Shown: one piece after another, positions 61,801 through 64,000 of the stretch
Layout of the letters: every line of letters begins with the position of its first letter
Position numbering within the stretch: position 1 is the stretch's first letter
NCBI RefSeq assembly: GCF_033153115.1
Contig: NW_026889758.1
Coordinates: 49,166,001 to 49,230,000, forward strand
Length of the DNA stretch: 64,000 bases
Source: Saccostrea echinata
Lineage: Eukaryota
Reading direction: 5' to 3'
The notes under the pieces: generated by a model
Told to the model about the DNA's origin: nothing
What the model saw: only the letters and a program-made list of their open reading frames with translations
The model's database searches: none
Position numbers and translations under genes: made by a program

Positions 61801-63985
61801 GAAGCATCCTTGTCCTTGTTTACACTTATTGATCCAAAAGTTGGTAAGTACTGATAAATAATTTATTTTTGTGGGGTCAGATTTTTGTAGTTTGAGGAAA
61901 AGATATTGATTCCTGAGGAATTGCTTTCGTGGTTGAAGAAGATACAATTTCAACATTTTATGTGGGACATGAATTCCTGGATCTCTTCATACCGTGAAAA
62001 CAATGAAAATTAAACCCTCATGAAAATGAATGTTGTCATAGTACCGGTACAAGTAATTTATGTAAAAACCAGAAAATGCTATCATATTTATTAAACTTAA
62101 ATCCCTTTTATTATCAGGATACATTTTTAAGTGTCAGAATTTGGGATGTGTTTGTTCATCATGTTACTTTCCGATGGATCCATGACTTAATTAACTTTAA
62201 TTGTTCCTTTACATAAAAACTGTTTAATTGTTGGCCAGATTAACTATTTAAAAAAAAAAAAAAAAAAAACTCTAAGCTTTAACATATAGCATACTTGATT
62301 GTGATAGAATTCGGCCGAGCCGAACCAAGCCGGGTAAACCCTGGTACGCTCTTAGAATCAAGTGAACAGGCTCATGTAAAGTAATAGAAATATTGTATTT
62401 CTATCGTAAAACATTATCTAGCATAGAAAAGGACTACACTTTTTGAAAATATGTTCATTTCACAAGCGTACCTCGATCAAAAGCTTCACGTCTTAAAACA
62501 AACAACTTTCAACACTACTATCCCCAAGGATGCTATGTTGAAGCCGCCCGAGCCTATCAAATTTTTCCGGCTCAATCGGCTCACCCAGCTTGATGCGTGC
62601 GCAATACCGGCTCAGAATCAAGTGTGTTGCCGGTCATCGCCGGTTTACCCGGGTGCGCCGGATGGTCAGAATCAAGTATGCTAATAGGCTCTATTAATTT
62701 GTAATCATAGTTTGAATGTTGGCTGTCTGTCAATATTTTTTTTTTTTTTATTTTATTTTTCCTCTTTAGAATCATTGTCCAACTATTATTACACAGTTAA
62801 CTTGGCAGCAAGCATTCCCCAGCTAGGAGGATTCAAATTTGTGTAACAAAACCCTCATAACGAGCCATACCTATTGAAATTTAGAAAAAAAAAGAACTCT
62901 TTCAAAAATCTTTATAAATTTTACAAGAAGTGTAGTAGAGATGCACCCACTTGATTAGTCGTGGACCTTTTACATATTCATTTAACCTTTTGCAGATGTC
63001 CTATTGATCGGAGTAGGAAATCGCATGGAGAGACTGAGTCAAGAAGCTTTGAAGTATCTGAGAGTCAACAAAATTAATTTTGATGTTCTACCTACAGTAA
63101 GTATTTTGAAATACATGTACCTATTTTTACTACCAGAGAGAACATAAATTTCTGTGAAATTTTAGTTCGTTGTCTAATATTAACAAAGGTCGTTAGGAAG
63201 TGGTCCAATTACATGTTTATGAAATGAATTTTTTTTTAAATGAAATAAATAGGTTGGATATTTGAAAGTTTTAATTCACTCATAACTACATGTATAGTAT
63301 ATAAAATTCTTTGAAGGTTTGCAATAAAGTAGACAATGATCCATACTCTATTTGTATTCATTCAATTTTTGTAAAATTTTTCCAGGAGAAAGCTTGTGCA
63401 TTGTTCAATTTCCTAAATGGGGAACAGCGTCAAGTTGCTGCGGCAGTGATACCTCCCACTGTCATTGACGAGGACATGCGTATGCCAGTGGATGATGACC
63501 TGATCACCTTTGATCCCTGCGTAGATATGTTTGGTCAAGATCCCGATGTTATTATACCAGACAAAGACGAAGACTGGAGGACACCAGGAGAAAAACTCAG
63601 AGAAGCAGCCACAGGTGTGAGACTGATGATCAATAAACGAAGAAATGCTCAAAAGTTAATGGACATGCCAGCCCCAGATATTCCGGACATGCAGGATATT
63701 GTTGACCGAGTCATGGATGAAGTGGAGAAGGAGGCAGCCAAGGAACGTGCACAGAAAGAAAAAGAGAAGGCAGTACAAGAAAAGGGGACTAAGATAGAGG
63801 ATGGAGAGAAGATGGGAGAAAGGGGGTTGGAGAAAGGTGATAGAGAGAAGAAGGAAGCAAAGGGGTCAGAGAGAGGTGAATGGACTGGACAGAGTAATAC
63901 AAGTGAGGATAAATCTGGGGATAATTCAAAAAGTGCGAGAAACACTGACAATAGTGAAGCCAAAACAGATGACCCCAAATCCTGA
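58812..63985 (+). CDS. NDUFAF3: Complex I assembly factor NDUFAF3 with a C-terminal extension, 337 aa, 5 exons
   Basis: Exons 58812-58867, 61277-61466, 61777-61843, 62996-63096 and 63386-63985 total 1014 nt in frame. Mth938/DUF498 motifs: IIGP..FFPREVLHWNV...DINEASLSLF..IDPKVDVLLIGVG, ACALFNFLNGEQRQVAAAVIPP. Arg-rich N-terminal presequence. Confidence 0.9.
59515..60186 (-). mobile_element. Older tRNA-LTR TRIM copy, interrupted by a MITE (59885-60169)
   Basis: On the minus strand: LTR end GTTACA, then TT-TGGTGCTATG (PBS-like), the internal segment CCCTGGAAGTGACAG shared with the plus copy, purine tract AGGGAGAGAGGA, and a second tRNA-like LTR at 59649-59515. The right boundary is tentative. 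Confidence 0.6.
60451..60811 (+). mobile_element. Complete TRIM with tRNA-containing LTRs (Helenus-type)
   Basis: LTR1 60451-60583, 98-bp internal region, PPT AAGGAGGGAGGAA at 60669-60681, LTR2 60682-60811. 4-bp TSD CATG at 60447-60450 and 60812-60815. Confidence 0.85.
62287..62683. mobile_element. Academ-like MITE
   Basis: TIR TAGCATACTTGATT(G/C)TGA at both ends, TAG/CTA termini, 3-bp flanking repeat ATA, and internal inverted CCGGGTAAACC motifs. Confidence 0.7.
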
Positions 63986-64000
63986 GATTTACTCAGTAAT

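Noticed and set aside
19529-63985. Functional cluster of mitochondrial genes (GFM2 and NDUFAF3)
   Set aside because: Two of seven genes about 30 kb apart is compatible with chance, and no synteny evidence is available here.

Overview
This is AT-rich, intron-containing animal genomic DNA. Its repeat families (Helentron-associated elements with ~150-170 bp internal satellites) suggest an oyster-like bivalve; that assignment is an inference. Seven host genes were reconstructed by hand from splice signals and reading-frame continuity: (1) the 3' end of an AFG2B/SPATA5L1 AAA ATPase (+), (2) a 78-aa serine palmitoyltransferase small subunit split by a U12-type minor intron (+), (3) a 180-aa calmodulin-like protein (+), (4) GFM2 (-, 774 aa), (5) a 798-aa unrecognised low-complexity protein (-), (6) DCAF15 (-, 747 aa) and (7) NDUFAF3 (+, 337 aa, long charged C-terminal extension). 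DCAF15 and NDUFAF3 are head-to-head with 226 bp between start codons. Introns and spacers are full of nested mobile elements: a 5'-truncated LINE with an open RT frame, many HINEs, TA-flanked, hAT-, Academ- and IS3EU-like MITEs, and long-hairpin elements without target-site duplication (TSD). The most striking structure is a miniature LTR retroelement (TRIM) whose ~130-bp LTRs contain a tRNA-like Pol III cassette. It appears as a complete LTR-PBS-PPT-LTR copy with a 4-bp TSD, as a solo LTR with its own 4-bp TSD, and as older relatives. All family assignments come from recognition by eye; no database search was run.
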